Source: an uncultured delta proteobacterium | Lineage (GTDB): Bacteria; Desulfobacterota; Binatia; UBA9968 | Direction: 5' to 3' | Length of the DNA stretch: 64,000 bases | NCBI GenBank assembly: GCA_963727625.1 | Contig: CAVSHR010000009.1 | Span: 320,001-384,000, forward strand | In this document: piece after piece, positions 62,402-64,000 of the stretch | Position numbering within the stretch: position 1 is the first letter of the stretch | How the letters are laid out: the number at the start of each line of letters is the position of its first letter | Made by a program: the position numbers and the translations under genes | Notes under the pieces: model-generated | What the model was told of the DNA's origin: nothing | The model's input: only the letters and a program-made list of their open reading frames with translations | Database searches by the model: none

Positions 62402-63471
62402 ATGGTTTTAGTTTTAAAAAACGATCAGATGGAAAATCTGCTGCCGATGTCCGAGGAGATCGACGCCATCGAGCAAGCCTACCGCGAACTGGGCCAGGGT
62501 AAGGCAATGAATGCGCCGCGGTCGCGCTTGAGAACCCCGTGGAAAGAAGAAGGCGGCCAGTATTATTTCAATAACATCATGGGGCTGGTGCCCGGCATGA
62601 AGTCGATGGCGCTGCGCATCGACTCGAGCTTTTCTAAAGAAGTTCAGGTCGGAGGGAGCAAGCGACGCGTTTACCCCGGCGACTTCATCGGCCTGGTCAT
62701 GCTTTTCGACATGGATACTTGCGAAATCCTCGCGCTGATGGACGATCATTTCATATCGACCATGAGGGTCGGCGCCACCAGCGCGGTCGCCAGTAAGTAC
62801 CTTGCGCGCAAAGATGCCCAGGTGATGGGGCTGCTCGGCGCCGGTGAGCAGGCCAAGACCCAGCTGACGGCTCACGCCGTCGTGCGGAAGCTGAGCAAGG
62901 TCAAAGTGTACAGCCCGACCAAAGCGAACCGTGAACGCTTTGCCAACGAGATGAGCCGGAAGAGTCCGGCATCGAGGTCGTGCCGGTCGACTCCGCCGAA
63001 GCGGCGATCCGCGGCAGCGACATCGTCACCGCGGCGACCAACACCGTCGATCCGGTGATTCAAGGAAAATGGGTCGAAGACGGCATGCACCTGAACAGCA
63101 TCGTCGGCGGCGACGGATTTTTACCGCGCAGAGAGCTCGACGACGAGGCCGTGATGAAGGCCGGGCTTATCGTCGTCGGCTTCAAGCAACAAATTTTTCT
63201 CGACAAGCAGGCCGAGTTTCATGATCGACTCGCGCGCGGATTGGTTAAAGCCGAGGATCTCCACGAGCTCGGCGACTTGGTCAACGGCAACTGCCGCGGC
63301 CGGCGCGATGATCAAGAGATTACATTTTTTAAAAACAACACCGGCATGGGCATTCAATTCGCCGCCACCGCGCGGAAAATGTACGAGAAGGCCAGGGAGA
63401 AGGGCCTCGGCACCGAATTGCCGCTGGACTTGTTCATGACCAAGCGCGGCGATAAATTGTATTCGCCGTGA
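62402..63471 (+). pseudogene. Ornithine cyclodeaminase family protein, frameshift at ~62960
   Basis: MRVGATS, GAGEQA..., then ESGIEVVPVDSAE...GMHLNSI...GMGIQFAA in a shifted frame. Confidence 0.82.
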
Positions 63472-63527
63472 GGAAGAAACGTCAACGGTCAGGCGCTAGG
63501 GATGAGGCGTCCCCTATCCACCGGCAT

Positions 63528-63590
63528 TTCAACGGTTTGAACGGAGCGCACCGATTGAACAGAGCGAAGCGGTTGAACGGCTTGGACGAA
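63528..63590 (+). repeat. 9-bp-period repeat (TTGAACGGN alternating with GCG[A/C]A[G/C]CGN)
   Basis: ttcaacggt ttgaacgga gcgcaccga ttgaacaga gcgaagcgg ttgaacggc ttggacgaa. Confidence 0.7.
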
Positions 63591-63667
63591 TATCCTGCTC
63601 AGAGACACGCCAGTTTCAGCCACAGGCAAGAAGCACTTGACAGGCTAAATAGATGGGAGATGTGAGT

Positions 63668-64000
63668 ATGCGCGATTGGGAAGCTTTTGTTCCGGAAGAA
63701 GAACGAAAAATCTACGAAAAGGCCGGCTATAAAGGCAAAGAAAAGTTCGGCGTCAACCCGGCGCTGATCATCATCGATGTCATCACCGGTTTCACCGGCA
63801 CCAAGCCGATGCCGGTGATGGACGCCATCGATGAATTCCCCACCAGCTGCGGCCAGGTGGCTTGGGACGCGCTGCCAAAAATTCAGCAATTGCTCCAAGC
63901 CTGCCGCGCCGCCGACGTTCCGGTGATTTACTCCACCAGCGATCCGGAATTCAAAGCCGCCTTCGGAAACGCAACCAAGCGCGGCGTCGACAAGACCGAC
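63668..64000 (+). CDS. Isochorismatase (cysteine hydrolase) family protein, 5' part
   Basis: Manual translation MRDWEAFVPEEERKIYEKAGY...PALIIIDVITGF...LLQACRAADVPVIYST; open to the window end. Confidence 0.8.
   Translation, partial: MRDWEAFVPEEERKIYEKAGYKGKEKFGVNPALIIIDVITGFTGTKPMPVMDAIDEFPTSCGQVAWDALPKIQQLLQACRAADVPVIYSTSDPEFKAAFGNATKRGVDKTD

Noticed and set aside
62950-62970. Programmed frameshift in the ornithine cyclodeaminase paralog
   Set aside because: No slippery run or stimulatory signal seen; mutation or assembly error more likely

Overview
GC-rich bacterial chromosomal window with no rRNA, tRNA or CRISPR array detected by eye. The gene repertoire (many NMT1/THI5-like binding proteins, amidohydrolases, TPP enzymes, ornithine cyclodeaminase paralogs, short-period intergenic repeats) suggests a Candidatus Binatia/Binatota-like deltaproteobacterium; this is inference only. 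Main blocks: (1) 1-22 kb catabolic and transport genes, trkAH, a frameshifted adenylate cyclase-AAA-TPR gene, thyX, a ketosynthase-methyltransferase-flavoprotein trio and a UGA-recoded peroxiredoxin-like selenoprotein. (2) 22.6-35.8 kb, a decaying accessory region with two inverted, reciprocally broken copies of an exported hydrolase + methyltransferase module, a Sel1 protein, toxin-antitoxin relics and a LysR/cupin/AKR/ADH cassette. (3) 35.6-47.2 kb, a GH15-led pentose phosphate operon. (4) 47.4-57.5 kb, an arsenosugar-type (radical SAM/selenodomain) cluster that unusually contains a PrnC-like flavin halogenase and a PiT transporter; its two sub-blocks are each preceded by the same GGAAC-N16-CGTT ECF-type promoter motif. 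(5) prfB with its programmed frameshift, ybeY, a ferredoxin and further enzymes. All calls come from motif recognition by eye; no database searches were run.
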